Shown here: one piece after another, positions 18,410 through 28,680 of the stretch
How positions within the stretch are numbered: position 1 is the stretch's first letter
Layout: each line of letters starts with the position of its first letter
Notes under the pieces: generated by a model
Databases searched by the model: none
What the model was told of the DNA's origin: nothing
The model's input: only the letters and a program-made list of their open reading frames with translations
Made by a program: the position numbers and the translations under genes
Assembly: GCA_963662815.2 (NCBI GenBank)
Contig: CAXXWA010000036.1
Location: forward strand, 16,701 to 80,700
Source: an uncultured Amylibacter sp.
Lineage (GTDB): Bacteria > Pseudomonadota > Alphaproteobacteria > Rhodobacterales > Rhodobacteraceae
Length of the DNA stretch: 64,000 nucleotides
Reading direction: 5' to 3'

Positions 18410-19823
18410 GCTGATCGACGTCCGCGCGCTCCTCGAGGGTGCCGATCCCTTCCAGACCGCGCTCTGGCTGTCCGCGCTCCTTCTGGCCTTGGTCGTGGCT
18501 GGCGTGCGCGTTGCGTTCGCGGCGGCCTTCATCGGCTTTCTCGGCCTCTGCATGTTCTTCATGCAAAGGCAGGGGTTCGACCGCGGCCTGATCACCGCAA
18601 TGAAGCTCGCCGGGCAGATCCCGCATTCCAAGTCCACGACCTACGCCCTTTCGCTCATTCCGACGTTCATACTGATCGGCTACCTCGCCTACTTTGCAGG
18701 CCTCACGCGATACCTGTTCGAAGCCGCGAAGAGATGGGTGGGATGGCTCCCGGGCGGGCTGGGCGTCGCGACGGTTTTCGCGACTGCGGGATTCGCCGCC
18801 GTCTCCGGCGCATCGGTCGCGACCTCAGCCGTCTTCGCGCGCATCGCAATCCCGGAAATGCTGCAGCTCGGATACGACAAGCGGTTCGCCGCAGGCGTCG
18901 TTGCCGCCGGCGGCACCCTGGCCTCGCTCATCCCGCCGTCGGCCATCCTTGTGATCTACGCGATTATCGTCGAGGAATCGGTCGGCAAGCTTCTTCTGGC
19001 CGGGTTCGTTCCGGGCGCCGTATCAGCCCTGATCTATGCAGTTCTGGTCACCGGAATGGCGAGCCTGCGGAAAAACATGGCGCCGCCCGTAACGGGGTTC
19101 AGCTGGCGTTCGCGTTTCCGCAGCCTTCCCGGCGCCTTTCCGATCCTCCTCGTCGTCGTAATCATCATCTATTCCATATATTTCGGTTGGGCGACCCCCA
19201 CGGAGGCCGGCGCCCTAGGCGTGTTCATCGTCCTACTGATGGCGTTCTGGCAGGGAATGAAGTGGCGCCAGTTGCGCGGCGCGCTGATGGAAGCGGCAAA
19301 ACTCACCGTCATGATCTTCACGCTGATCTGGGGCGTGCTCATCTTCGTCCGCTACCTGGGTTTCGCGGACCTTCCGGGCACGATCGCCGCATGGATCGAC
19401 GGCCTGAACCAGCCGCCGCTGCTGACGCTGACCCTGATTCTCCTCTGTTACGTCGTGCTCGGCATGTTCATGGACGCGATCGGCATGCTCATCCTGACGC
19501 TTCCAGTGGTTTTCCCGGCCGTGATCGCGCTCAACGGCGGTCCCGACGTCACCCGGGAAGCGTCCGGCCTCGGCATGACTGCGGAGGAATGCGCGATCTG
19601 GTTCGGAATCATAGTGGTCAAGATGGCTGAACTTTGTCTCATCACGCCGCCAATCGGGCTGAACTGCTTCGTCGTTGCAGGCGTCAGCAAGGAACACCGG
19701 CTGCCGATTTCGGCCCAGGACGTTTTCCGCGGCGCAGCACCTTTCTTCGTTGCGGATGTCGTGACTGTCGTCGTCCTGATCGCGTTCCCCGGAATCGTGC
19801 TCTGGCTTCCCGGACTCGTCTGA
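18402..19823 (+). CDS. TRAP transporter large permease (DctM family)
   Basis: About 473 aa, polytopic. The start is taken at ATG 18402, which overlaps the dctQ stop (ATGGATGA). The track ORF starts 12 codons earlier. Confidence 0.88.
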   Translation: MDELIDVRALLEGADPFQTALWLSALLLALVVAGVRVAFAAAFIGFLGLCMFFMQRQGFDRGLITAMKLAGQIPHSKSTTYALSLIPTFILIGYLAYFAGLTRYLFEAAKRWVGWLPGGLGVATVFATAGFAAVSGASVATSAVFARIAIPEMLQLGYDKRFAAGVVAAGGTLASLIPPSAILVIYAIIVEESVGKLLLAGFVPGAVSALIYAVLVTGMASLRKNMAPPVTGFSWRSRFRSLPGAFPILLVVVIIIYSIYFGWATPTEAGALGVFIVLLMAFWQGMKWRQLRGALMEAAKLTVMIFTLIWGVLIFVRYLGFADLPGTIAAWIDGLNQPPLLTLTLILLCYVVLGMFMDAIGMLILTLPVVFPAVIALNGGPDVTREASGLGMTAEECAIWFGIIVVKMAELCLITPPIGLNCFVVAGVSKEHRLPISAQDVFRGAAPFFVADVVTVVVLIAFPGIVLWLPGLV

Positions 19824-19867
19824 CGCCCCGATTCCCGCTGCGCCGCGAAAACATCGTCGCAGATTCG

Positions 19868-19896
19868 TTGACAGCCGCCATGCGTCGGTTTAATCC
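19868..19896 (+). promoter_or_regulatory. putative sigma70 promoter of tRNA-Leu
   Basis: TTGACA (19868-19873), a 17-nt spacer, then TAATCC (19891-19896). The mature tRNA 5' end lies 18 nt downstream. Confidence 0.4.
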
Positions 19897-19913
19897 GGGT
19901 TCCCGTTGCTTGA

Positions 19914-20000
19914 GCCCAGGTGGCGGAATTGGTAGACGCGCTAGCTTCAGGTGCTAGTGCCCGTATGGGCGTGGAAGTTCGAGTCTTCTCCTGGGCACCA
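19914..20000 (+). tRNA. tRNA-Leu (anticodon CAG), class II with long variable arm, CCA encoded
   Basis: The sequence is GCCCAGGTGGCGGAATTGGTAGACGCGCTAGCTTCAGGTGCTAGTGCCCGTATGGGCGTGGAAGTTCGAGTCTTCTCCTGGGCACCA. The acceptor stem is GCCCAGG/CCTGGGC. The anticodon stem is CTAGC/GCTAG with loop TTCAGGT. The T-loop is GTTCGAGTC. Confidence 0.95.
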
Positions 20001-20051
20001 GACCGCTCACGTCGCATGCGGCGGAAAGGATGCGGCATCGCAAAGGCGAAC

Positions 20052-20669
20052 ATGGCAAGTCATCTGCATGTCGGCGATATTCCGGACGGGCTGGACCTGG
20101 GCCCGGTGGTCGCCGTCGACACGGAAACGACGGGCCTCGACCTGCGCCGGGACAGGCTTTGCGTCGTGCAGCTTTCTGCGGGCGACGGCGATGCGCATGT
20201 CGTCAGGGTGCCAGGCAGCGCAACGCGCGCCCCGAACCTCGAAGCCCTGCTTGCAAATCGGAACCAGCTGAAGCTGTTCCACTTCGGCCGATTCGACATC
20301 GCGGTCCTCGACAGCCGGTTCGGCAAGGAAACCGGGCCCGTCTACTGTACGAAGATCGCGTCCAAGCTGGCGCGGACCTACACCGACAGGCACGGCCTCA
20401 AGGACCTCGCGGCGGAGTTTCTCGACGTGGAGCTGTCGAAACGCCAGCAGAACTCCGACTGGGGCGCGGACGAGTTGTCGGCGGCGCAGGTCCAGTATGC
20501 CGCCAACGACGTGCTCTACCTGCACCGAATTCGCGACCGGCTGAACGCGATGCTGGAACGCGAGGGCCGGATGGAACTCGCCCAGGCCTGCTTCGACTTT
20601 CTGCCGACCGTGGCGAAGCTCGATCTCGCAGGCTGGCACGACATGGACATCTTCGCACATAAGGCATGA
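20052..20669 (+). CDS. rnd: 3'-5' exonuclease, short RNase D-like (DEDDy) protein
   Basis: Start ATG 20052 (MASHLHVGDIP...). Motifs VAVDTETTGL, LKLFHFGRFDIAVL and YAANDVLYLH are present, about 205 aa. The N-terminal extension in the track ORF overlaps the tRNA. Confidence 0.8.
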   Translation: MASHLHVGDIPDGLDLGPVVAVDTETTGLDLRRDRLCVVQLSAGDGDAHVVRVPGSATRAPNLEALLANRNQLKLFHFGRFDIAVLDSRFGKETGPVYCTKIASKLARTYTDRHGLKDLAAEFLDVELSKRQQNSDWGADELSAAQVQYAANDVLYLHRIRDRLNAMLEREGRMELAQACFDFLPTVAKLDLAGWHDMDIFAHKA

Positions 20670-21346
20670 CGACCGGGTCCGAAGCATCCGCGCCGCTGCC
20701 GTTCCGGAACCGGTCACGGCGCGCGGACCTGGACCGGTATTCCCGTTTCATCCGGACGACCCGCATCCTTCTGGTCGCGGCCGCCGCAATCCTGCTGGCG
20801 ACCATCGCGGTACTCGCCAGCTTGAACCCTTTCGGTTCGCTGCAGACCATCGCCGACATCGACGTTTCCCGCTTTGCGTCCGGCCAGGAAATGACGAACC
20901 CCCAGTTTTCGGGCGTCACGCTGCAGGGAGATGCGTACTCCATGTCCGCAAAACGCGCCCGTCTCGACGCTCCGATTCCGAACTCCCTGCATCTTGACTC
21001 GCCTCGAATCGAGATCGACTTCCGGGACGGCCGGAAACTTCGAGCGTCGGCCCGCAGCGCATCGCTCGATGTCGGGAAGCGAAGCACTGTCCTGGAAGGC
21101 GGCGTCCGGATCTGGACGTCAGACGAGTTTGTTGCAACGACGCAGAAAATTCTGGTGGACTTTCGCACCGGACGCGCGATAAGCCCACTCAGCGTGAGCG
21201 CCATGGCGCCATTCGGCAGCATCGAAGCCGGGTCGATGGCGGCCTACCGGGATTCCGGCGGCGCGCGCGGCGACTCGACCAGCGTCCTGAAGTTCGAGCG
21301 TGGTGTGAAAGTCGTGATCCGGCCGGGAAAGCAGGGGCGGCAATGA
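20666..21346 (+). CDS. lptC: LPS export system protein LptC (putative)
   Basis: 226 aa with a single N-terminal TM (ILLVAAAAILLATIAVLASL). It lies immediately upstream of lptA-lptB with overlapping stop/start codons. The call rests mainly on position and topology. Confidence 0.65.
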   Translation: MTTGSEASAPLPFRNRSRRADLDRYSRFIRTTRILLVAAAAILLATIAVLASLNPFGSLQTIADIDVSRFASGQEMTNPQFSGVTLQGDAYSMSAKRARLDAPIPNSLHLDSPRIEIDFRDGRKLRASARSASLDVGKRSTVLEGGVRIWTSDEFVATTQKILVDFRTGRAISPLSVSAMAPFGSIEAGSMAAYRDSGGARGDSTSVLKFERGVKVVIRPGKQGRQ

Positions 21347-21843
21347 CTGTCCGAAAAACATGCCTGGCAGTCTCTTGCGCCGCGCTGTTCGCGGCGCACG
21401 CTGCCGCGTCTTTTGCGCAAGCCAGTCTGACTCTCGCCGGCGACGCCCACGACAAGTCGCTGCCGATCGAGATTTCCGCGGATCGTCTTTCTGTCGAAAA
21501 CGAGACCGGTCGCACCGTCTTCGAAGGAAGCGCGGTTGTCGTGCAAGGCGACTTGCGACTGGCGGCCGAGAGAATAGTCGCCATCTACGACGAAGCGCTC
21601 GGGGACATCAAAACCGTCTCGGCCGAAAGCGGCGTCTCCTTCTCGAACGGCAAGGAAACGGCCAGCGCGGACTTCGGCGACTACAGCGTCCAGGACGGCA
21701 TTCTGGTTCTGCGCGGAAACGTCGCCCTGAACCAGGGTCCGAACATCATTCAGGGCGACATGCTTACGCTCGACCTCAATGCGGGGACCGCGGCTGTCGA
21801 GGGAAACGTCACGACGGTGTTGCATACGAATTCCGGCGAATGA
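21343..21843 (+). CDS. lptA: LPS transport periplasmic protein LptA (OstA-like)
   Basis: 166 aa. It has a signal peptide (AALFAAHAAASFAQA) and an OstA-like beta-jellyroll pattern (IEISADRLSVENETGRTVFEGSAVVVQGDLRL...GNVAL). It sits between lptC and lptB. Confidence 0.8.
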   Translation: MTVRKTCLAVSCAALFAAHAAASFAQASLTLAGDAHDKSLPIEISADRLSVENETGRTVFEGSAVVVQGDLRLAAERIVAIYDEALGDIKTVSAESGVSFSNGKETASADFGDYSVQDGILVLRGNVALNQGPNIIQGDMLTLDLNAGTAAVEGNVTTVLHTNSGE

Positions 21844-22601
21844 TCCGGAGCGACGGCAGCGGGTCGCCGCATCCTGCCGCCGGGCTGGTAGTCGCCGGCG
21901 TCGGCAAGTCCTTCAGGCGCAAGCCGGTTCTGCGCAATGTCAGCCTGGAATTGAACCGGGGCGAGGTGGTGGCGCTGCTCGGTCCAAACGGCGCCGGCAA
22001 GACGACCTGCTTCTACGCGATCGCCGGCCTGACGTCGCCAGATCACGGAACGGTCCATATCGACGGCACGGACGTCACCGGGCTGCCGATGTATCGCCGG
22101 GCGCGCCTCGGGCTCGGGTACCTGCCGCAGGAGGCAAGCATTTTCCGCGGCATGACGGCGGAAAACAACATCCGGGCGATCGTCGAGTTCTGGGAAAGCG
22201 ACCGTCGGCGCCGCGACGCCCGCGTCGAGAACCTGCTCCGCGACTTTTCAATAGGCCATGTCAGGAACACGCAGGCCATCGCACTCTCGGGAGGCGAGCG
22301 CAGGCGGGTCGAGATTGCCCGCTGTCTCGCCAGCAGTCCGAGCTACATTCTTCTCGACGAACCCTTCGCCGGAGTTGATCCGATCGCCATTTCGGACATC
22401 CGTGAGCTCGTCGGCCAGCTAAGGGGGAGAAACATCGGCGTGCTGATCACTGATCACAACGTTCAGGAAACGCTGGAGATTGTCGACCGCGCGTATATCC
22501 TGAACGCAGGCGAGGTTCTGATGTCCGGAACCCCGGCGGAAGTTGTCGCCGACCCGGACGTGCGACGCATCTATCTCGGCAACGAGTTTCCCGCCGCCTG
22601 A
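21840..22601 (+). CDS. lptB: LPS export ABC transporter ATP-binding protein
   Basis: Start ATG 21840 (ATGA overlap with the lptA stop). Walker A GPNGAGKTT, signature LSGGERRR, Walker B ILLDEPFAGVDP and the C-terminal VRRIYLG motif are present. Confidence 0.93.
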   Translation: MIRSDGSGSPHPAAGLVVAGVGKSFRRKPVLRNVSLELNRGEVVALLGPNGAGKTTCFYAIAGLTSPDHGTVHIDGTDVTGLPMYRRARLGLGYLPQEASIFRGMTAENNIRAIVEFWESDRRRRDARVENLLRDFSIGHVRNTQAIALSGGERRRVEIARCLASSPSYILLDEPFAGVDPIAISDIRELVGQLRGRNIGVLITDHNVQETLEIVDRAYILNAGEVLMSGTPAEVVADPDVRRIYLGNEFPAA

Positions 22602-22780
22602 CGCAAGGTCGCGGCAGGCGTCAATCCGCGCGCTCGGGAAACTCTGCCCGGACAACCGGGTTGCGCCTGACGGGAACTCGAAATATCCGGATACCAACCC
22701 CCCAGGCTGCGCCGGCGGTCGAATCGTCCATCGCGGATCTGCGCCGGATGCGCCCGCACACCAGAATGCAAGGAACCGAC

Positions 22781-23359
22781 ATGCGCTACCAGATAAGCGG
22801 CAAGCATCTGGATATCGGATCATCCCTTTCCGAACACGTCGAGAAGGAGACGGCCGACATCCTGGGCAAGTACGCGATTCGACCGGTCGAGGTCTTCGTG
22901 ACCTTTTCGAAGAACCGACACGAGTTTACATGCGAGGCCGCAGTGCATCTTTCTACGGGATTGACCGCGATTGCGCACGGCAGCTCGACCGACATTTACG
23001 GATGCTTCGACATCGCGGCCGAGAAGCTGAACAAGCAACTGCGTAGGTACAAGCGCCGGTTGAAGGACCACCACCGGAATCGGACATCTCCGGTTGAATC
23101 CGCCGGTGCGCAGCAATATATCCTCGCCGCTGAAGGTGATGGAGGAGAATCACCCGAACCGGAGCTGCTCCAACCGGTCATCATCGCCGAACTCGAAACC
23201 GACATCAAATCCGTCTCGGTCGGCGAGGCGGTCATGCAGATGGAACTCGCAGGTGAACCTGTTCTCGTGTTCCGCAACGACAGCCACAAGGGCATCAATG
23301 TGGTCTACCGGCGGAATGACGGAAATATCGGCTGGATCGACCCGGAGCGACTTGACTGA
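22781..23359 (+). CDS. hpf: ribosome hibernation-promoting factor (long form)
   Basis: Start ATG 22781 with an AAGGAA RBS. The protein begins MRYQISGKHLDIGSSLSEHVEKE... and has the C-terminal dimerisation domain (VSVGEAVMQMELAGEPVLVFRN...NVVYRRNDGNIGWI). Confidence 0.9.
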   Translation: MRYQISGKHLDIGSSLSEHVEKETADILGKYAIRPVEVFVTFSKNRHEFTCEAAVHLSTGLTAIAHGSSTDIYGCFDIAAEKLNKQLRRYKRRLKDHHRNRTSPVESAGAQQYILAAEGDGGESPEPELLQPVIIAELETDIKSVSVGEAVMQMELAGEPVLVFRNDSHKGINVVYRRNDGNIGWIDPERLD

Positions 23360-23388
23360 ACATCTTCGCCGACCGGCGGGAGAATCTG

Positions 23389-23853
23389 ATGGACCTGACA
23401 GGGATTCTTGACAGCCGCGCCGTTCGGGTCCTGTCGGGTGCGCCATCCAAGAAGCGGCTTCTTCAGATCATCAGCGAACACGCTGCGGAAGTCTACGGCC
23501 TGAACGCTGCCGGGGTCTTTTCCGTCCTTCAGAACCGCGAGCTCCTCGGGTCGACGGGTATCGGGCGCGGAATTGCGATTCCGCACGCGCGAATGGACGG
23601 GCTGGACAGGGTGATCGGACTGTTCACCAGGGTCATCGGACCGGTCGACTTCGCCTCGCTGGACCACCGGCCGGTCGACCTCGTTTTCACGCTGCTGGCT
23701 CCGGATGCGGAAGGGGCCGAACATCTGAAAGCCCTCGCGCTCGTTTCCAGAACGCTCCGGGACGAAAGCGTCTGCGACAAGCTCCGGGCGAACCCTGAGG
23801 CGAATACACTGTTCACGATCCTGTCCGAAGCGTCCCTTCAGAAGGCGGCGTGA
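23389..23853 (+). CDS. ptsN: PTS IIA-like nitrogen regulatory protein (EIIA-Ntr)
   Basis: 154 aa with the phosphorylatable His motif GIGRGIAIPHAR. It follows hpf, as in the canonical lptB-(rpoN)-hpf-ptsN cluster. Confidence 0.9.
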   Translation: MDLTGILDSRAVRVLSGAPSKKRLLQIISEHAAEVYGLNAAGVFSVLQNRELLGSTGIGRGIAIPHARMDGLDRVIGLFTRVIGPVDFASLDHRPVDLVFTLLAPDAEGAEHLKALALVSRTLRDESVCDKLRANPEANTLFTILSEASLQKAA

Positions 23854-23866
23854 CCCGTCCGCCAGC

Positions 23867-24682
23867 CTACTTGAGCTCCACGCCCGGCGAGTGCGCAACG
23901 AAAAACGGGTTCCGGTAACCGGGTTTGCCGTAGGTCAGCGTCGTCTCCCCGTCGAGTTCTGCAACCCGCCCGCCAGCGGCGGTCAGGACGGCTTGTCCGG
24001 CAGCAGTGTCCCATTCCATCGTAGGCCCGAGTCGCGGGTAGATGTCTGCCTCGCCGGCGGCCACAAGGCAGAACTTAAGGGATGATCCAGCGCTCACGAT
24101 TTCCCTCACCCTGTAGCGGGCGATGTAGTCCTCGGTAGCCGCGTTGCTGTGCGATCTGGACGCGGCGACGACAAGGCCCTGGTTGTCGGGACAAGAAACC
24201 CGCAAGCGCCGCGCGCGCCGGTCACGGGAACCTCGACCCGCCCTCGCGCCGGACCGCCGCTCCTCCACCGCGGACCCGTCCGGCCGCGTCGCGAAAAGCC
24301 GCCCGCTGACTGGTGCGTAGACAACGCCGTGAACGGGCACGCCGTCTTCCACGTAGGCGATGTTGACCGTGAAGTCCCCGGCGCCGGAGATGAAGCTCCG
24401 GGTGCCGTCCAGGGGGTCGACAATGAAGAATCGGCGGTGGTTCATCGCCTGCGTGGCAACCTTTTCCTCGCTGACGACGGCGGAGCCGGGGTACCGGCGG
24501 GTTAGGCCCTCGAAAATCAGCCTGTCGGCCGCGAGGTCCGCTTCCGTGACCGGGCTGGAGTCCGCCTTGCGCCACTTCGAAAGCGATCCGCCCGCGCGGA
24601 CCTTCATGATCTCGGAACCCGCATCCAGGGCCAGTTTCCGGATTGTCCTGCACAAGGGTTCCGCTTCTGGCCGGCTGTTCAT
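23867..24682 (-). CDS. cysQ: 3'(2'),5'-bisphosphate nucleotidase / inositol-monophosphatase-family protein
   Basis: 271 aa. IMPase-family motifs VSEE, FIVDPLDGTRSFI and WDTAAG are present. Confidence 0.8.
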   Translation of the reverse strand: MNSRPEAEPLCRTIRKLALDAGSEIMKVRAGGSLSKWRKADSSPVTEADLAADRLIFEGLTRRYPGSAVVSEEKVATQAMNHRRFFIVDPLDGTRSFISGAGDFTVNIAYVEDGVPVHGVVYAPVSGRLFATRPDGSAVEERRSGARAGRGSRDRRARRLRVSCPDNQGLVVAASRSHSNAATEDYIARYRVREIVSAGSSLKFCLVAAGEADIYPRLGPTMEWDTAAGQAVLTAAGGRVAELDGETTLTYGKPGYRNPFFVAHSPGVELK

Positions 24683-24692
24683 GACGCGCCCT

Positions 24693-25307
24693 TCACTTTC
24701 GGCATGCGTCCCGGCCGACGACCCGAAGCGTCACGTTGATGCGGCCCCCTCCGGGAAGGAGTTCGGAGGACCCGTATCGGATCCGGTCGATCCCGTGGAA
24801 CAGGAGCCGGGCCGAACCGCCCATGACCGCAACGTCGCCAGACTCCAGCCATGTGGATTCAGTCGATCCCCCGCGTTCGAGGTTGCCGATGCGGAACAGC
24901 GCCGAATCGCCCAGCGAAATCGACACGACAGGCCAGGAAAAGTCGCGTTCATCCGCATCGCGGTGCATCCCCATACGCGCGTCCTTGCCGTAGAAATTGA
25001 CGAGGCAGCAGTCCGGGTCCCGCCGTTCACTCCCGTAGGTTCGCCAGATGGAAAGCACCGTTCCGGGGATTGCCGGCCACGCCACTCCGTCGGGGTGGAG
25101 CGCCTCGTAGCGGTAACCGCGCCGGTCGGCGTACCAGCCAAGGCGTCCCGCGGACGTCATGCGAACCGACATGCGTCCGCCCCTGGGCGTCAGCGGCGAA
25201 AATGGCGGCGCAGCGTCCGCGACGGACTGCAGCGATTCCACGAGCGCCAGCTGATCGCCGGCGCCGATCACTCCCTTGTGAATTTCCACACCCCGGATTC
25301 GCATCAC
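24693..25307 (-). CDS. alkB: alpha-ketoglutarate/Fe(II)-dependent dioxygenase AlkB (DNA/RNA alkylation repair)
   Basis: 204 aa. It has [20 protein letters not shown] (HxD), ...LLFHGI... (distal His) and RINVTLR (2OG-binding Arg). Confidence 0.9.
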   Translation of the reverse strand: MMRIRGVEIHKGVIGAGDQLALVESLQSVADAAPPFSPLTPRGGRMSVRMTSAGRLGWYADRRGYRYEALHPDGVAWPAIPGTVLSIWRTYGSERRDPDCCLVNFYGKDARMGMHRDADERDFSWPVVSISLGDSALFRIGNLERGGSTESTWLESGDVAVMGGSARLLFHGIDRIRYGSSELLPGGGRINVTLRVVGRDACRK

Positions 25308-25421
25308 TGCCGTTCCCGTTGCTCCTGCGCCGCCGGACGCGTCTCGGCCACCGCGCCCGCCACTCTGGCCCGGCTTCCGGGCAGACGCAACGCCCGCAAG
25401 CGGCCAAATTGTCGCCCGGCG

Positions 25422-25450
25422 GTTGAAGGGTCACACATGCATTCCTATAT
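25422..25450 (+). promoter_or_regulatory. putative RpoH (sigma32)-type heat-shock promoter of dnaKJ
   Basis: GTTGAA (25422-25427) and CCTATAT (25444-25450) are present. This is close to the alphaproteobacterial heat-shock consensus CTTG-N17/18-CYTATNT, about 95 nt upstream of the dnaK ATG. Confidence 0.5.
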
Positions 25451-25545
25451 TAGCCTCACGAAATCGCGGGTGCACCGCAACCAACTTCAGTGAAGATGGC
25501 CCGCGACTGGCTTGTCTTCCAGTTCCGCAAAAGAAGGGGATGAAG

Positions 25546-27456
<1,911 letters not shown>

Positions 27457-27533
27457 TTCGATCCGGACGTCTTTGCGGCCCGGCTCACCCGAATTGCGGC
27501 CGGGGGCCGGCCGCAGCGTGACGCGGGGACGAG

Positions 27534-28658
27534 ATGGCCAAGCGTGACTACTACGACGTTCTGGGCGTCCCGAGAGACGCATCCGACGCCGATATCAAGA
27601 AGGCCTTCCGGAAGAGGGCCATGGCGCTTCACCCCGACCAGAACAAGGACAATCCCGACGCGGAAGCGCAGTTCAAGGAACTCAGTGAAGCCAACGACAT
27701 CCTGAAGGACGCCGAAAAGCGGGCAGCCTACGACCGTTTCGGACATGCCGCGTTCGAGGGCGGAAGCGGCGGCGGCGCTCACGGCGCGGACTTCGCGTCT
27801 GCATTCTCAACCGTGTTCGACGACCTTTTCGGCGACTTCATGGGCGGCAGCCGCGGCGGCCGCCAGCGATCGGCGCGCGGATCAGACCTCCGGTACAACC
27901 TGCCGTTGTCGCTCGAGACGGCCTTCAGCGGCACGCGGCAGACCATATCCGTCTCTCGATCCGACTCCTGCGAACAGTGTTCCGGAACGGGGTCGCGCGG
28001 CGGGTCGGAGCCGGCCACCTGCCCGACCTGCTCCGGACTGGGCCAGGTTCGTACGCAGCAGGGCTTCTTCACCATGGAACGAACATGTCCGACCTGTCAC
28101 GGCCAGGGGCGGGTCGTTTCGAATCCATGCAGGTTCTGCAGTGGTTCCGGTCGGCAGAAACGCGAGCGCCAGCTCAATGTCAGGGTTCCGCCGGGCGTCG
28201 AGACCGGAACCCGGATTCGCCTGGCCGGCGAAGGAGAAACAGGAGTCAGGGGCGGACCTTCGGGCGATCTCTACATCTTCATCGAGGTGGAAAGGCATCC
28301 GATCTTCGAACGGGACGGCGTGAATCTCCTATGCCGCGTTCCGCTGCCGATGGTAACGGCCGCGCTTGGCGGCGAAATCGAAGTGCCCACGATCGACGGC
28401 GGCATGAGCCGGGTCAGGATTCCGGCTGGCGCCCAGAGCGGCAAGCAGCTGCGTCTCAGGAACAAGGGCATGCCGGCGCTGAGGGGAAGCGGACGCGGCG
28501 ATCTTTTTCTCGACCTCAACGTGGAAACGCCCGTCAATCTGACGTCCCGGCAACGGGAATTGCTGCAATCGTTCGAAGAGGCCAGCGACGAAAACAGCCC
28601 CGAATGGTCGGGGTTCGGCAGGAGTGTCAAGCAGTTCTGGGAAAGGATGAGAGGCTGA
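27534..28658 (+). CDS. dnaJ: molecular chaperone DnaJ (Hsp40)
   Basis: 374 aa. It has the J domain (DYYDVLGV...HPD), a G/F region and four CxxCxGxG zinc-finger repeats. Confidence 0.97.
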   Translation: MAKRDYYDVLGVPRDASDADIKKAFRKRAMALHPDQNKDNPDAEAQFKELSEANDILKDAEKRAAYDRFGHAAFEGGSGGGAHGADFASAFSTVFDDLFGDFMGGSRGGRQRSARGSDLRYNLPLSLETAFSGTRQTISVSRSDSCEQCSGTGSRGGSEPATCPTCSGLGQVRTQQGFFTMERTCPTCHGQGRVVSNPCRFCSGSGRQKRERQLNVRVPPGVETGTRIRLAGEGETGVRGGPSGDLYIFIEVERHPIFERDGVNLLCRVPLPMVTAALGGEIEVPTIDGGMSRVRIPAGAQSGKQLRLRNKGMPALRGSGRGDLFLDLNVETPVNLTSRQRELLQSFEEASDENSPEWSGFGRSVKQFWERMRG

Positions 28659-28680
28659 CACGCGCGGTTGGCGCGGCCGG

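Noticed and set aside
19920-20051. Upstream extension of the RNase D-like ORF (track start 19920)
   Set aside because: It overlaps the tRNA-Leu gene on the same strand. The exonuclease motifs begin after ATG 20052.
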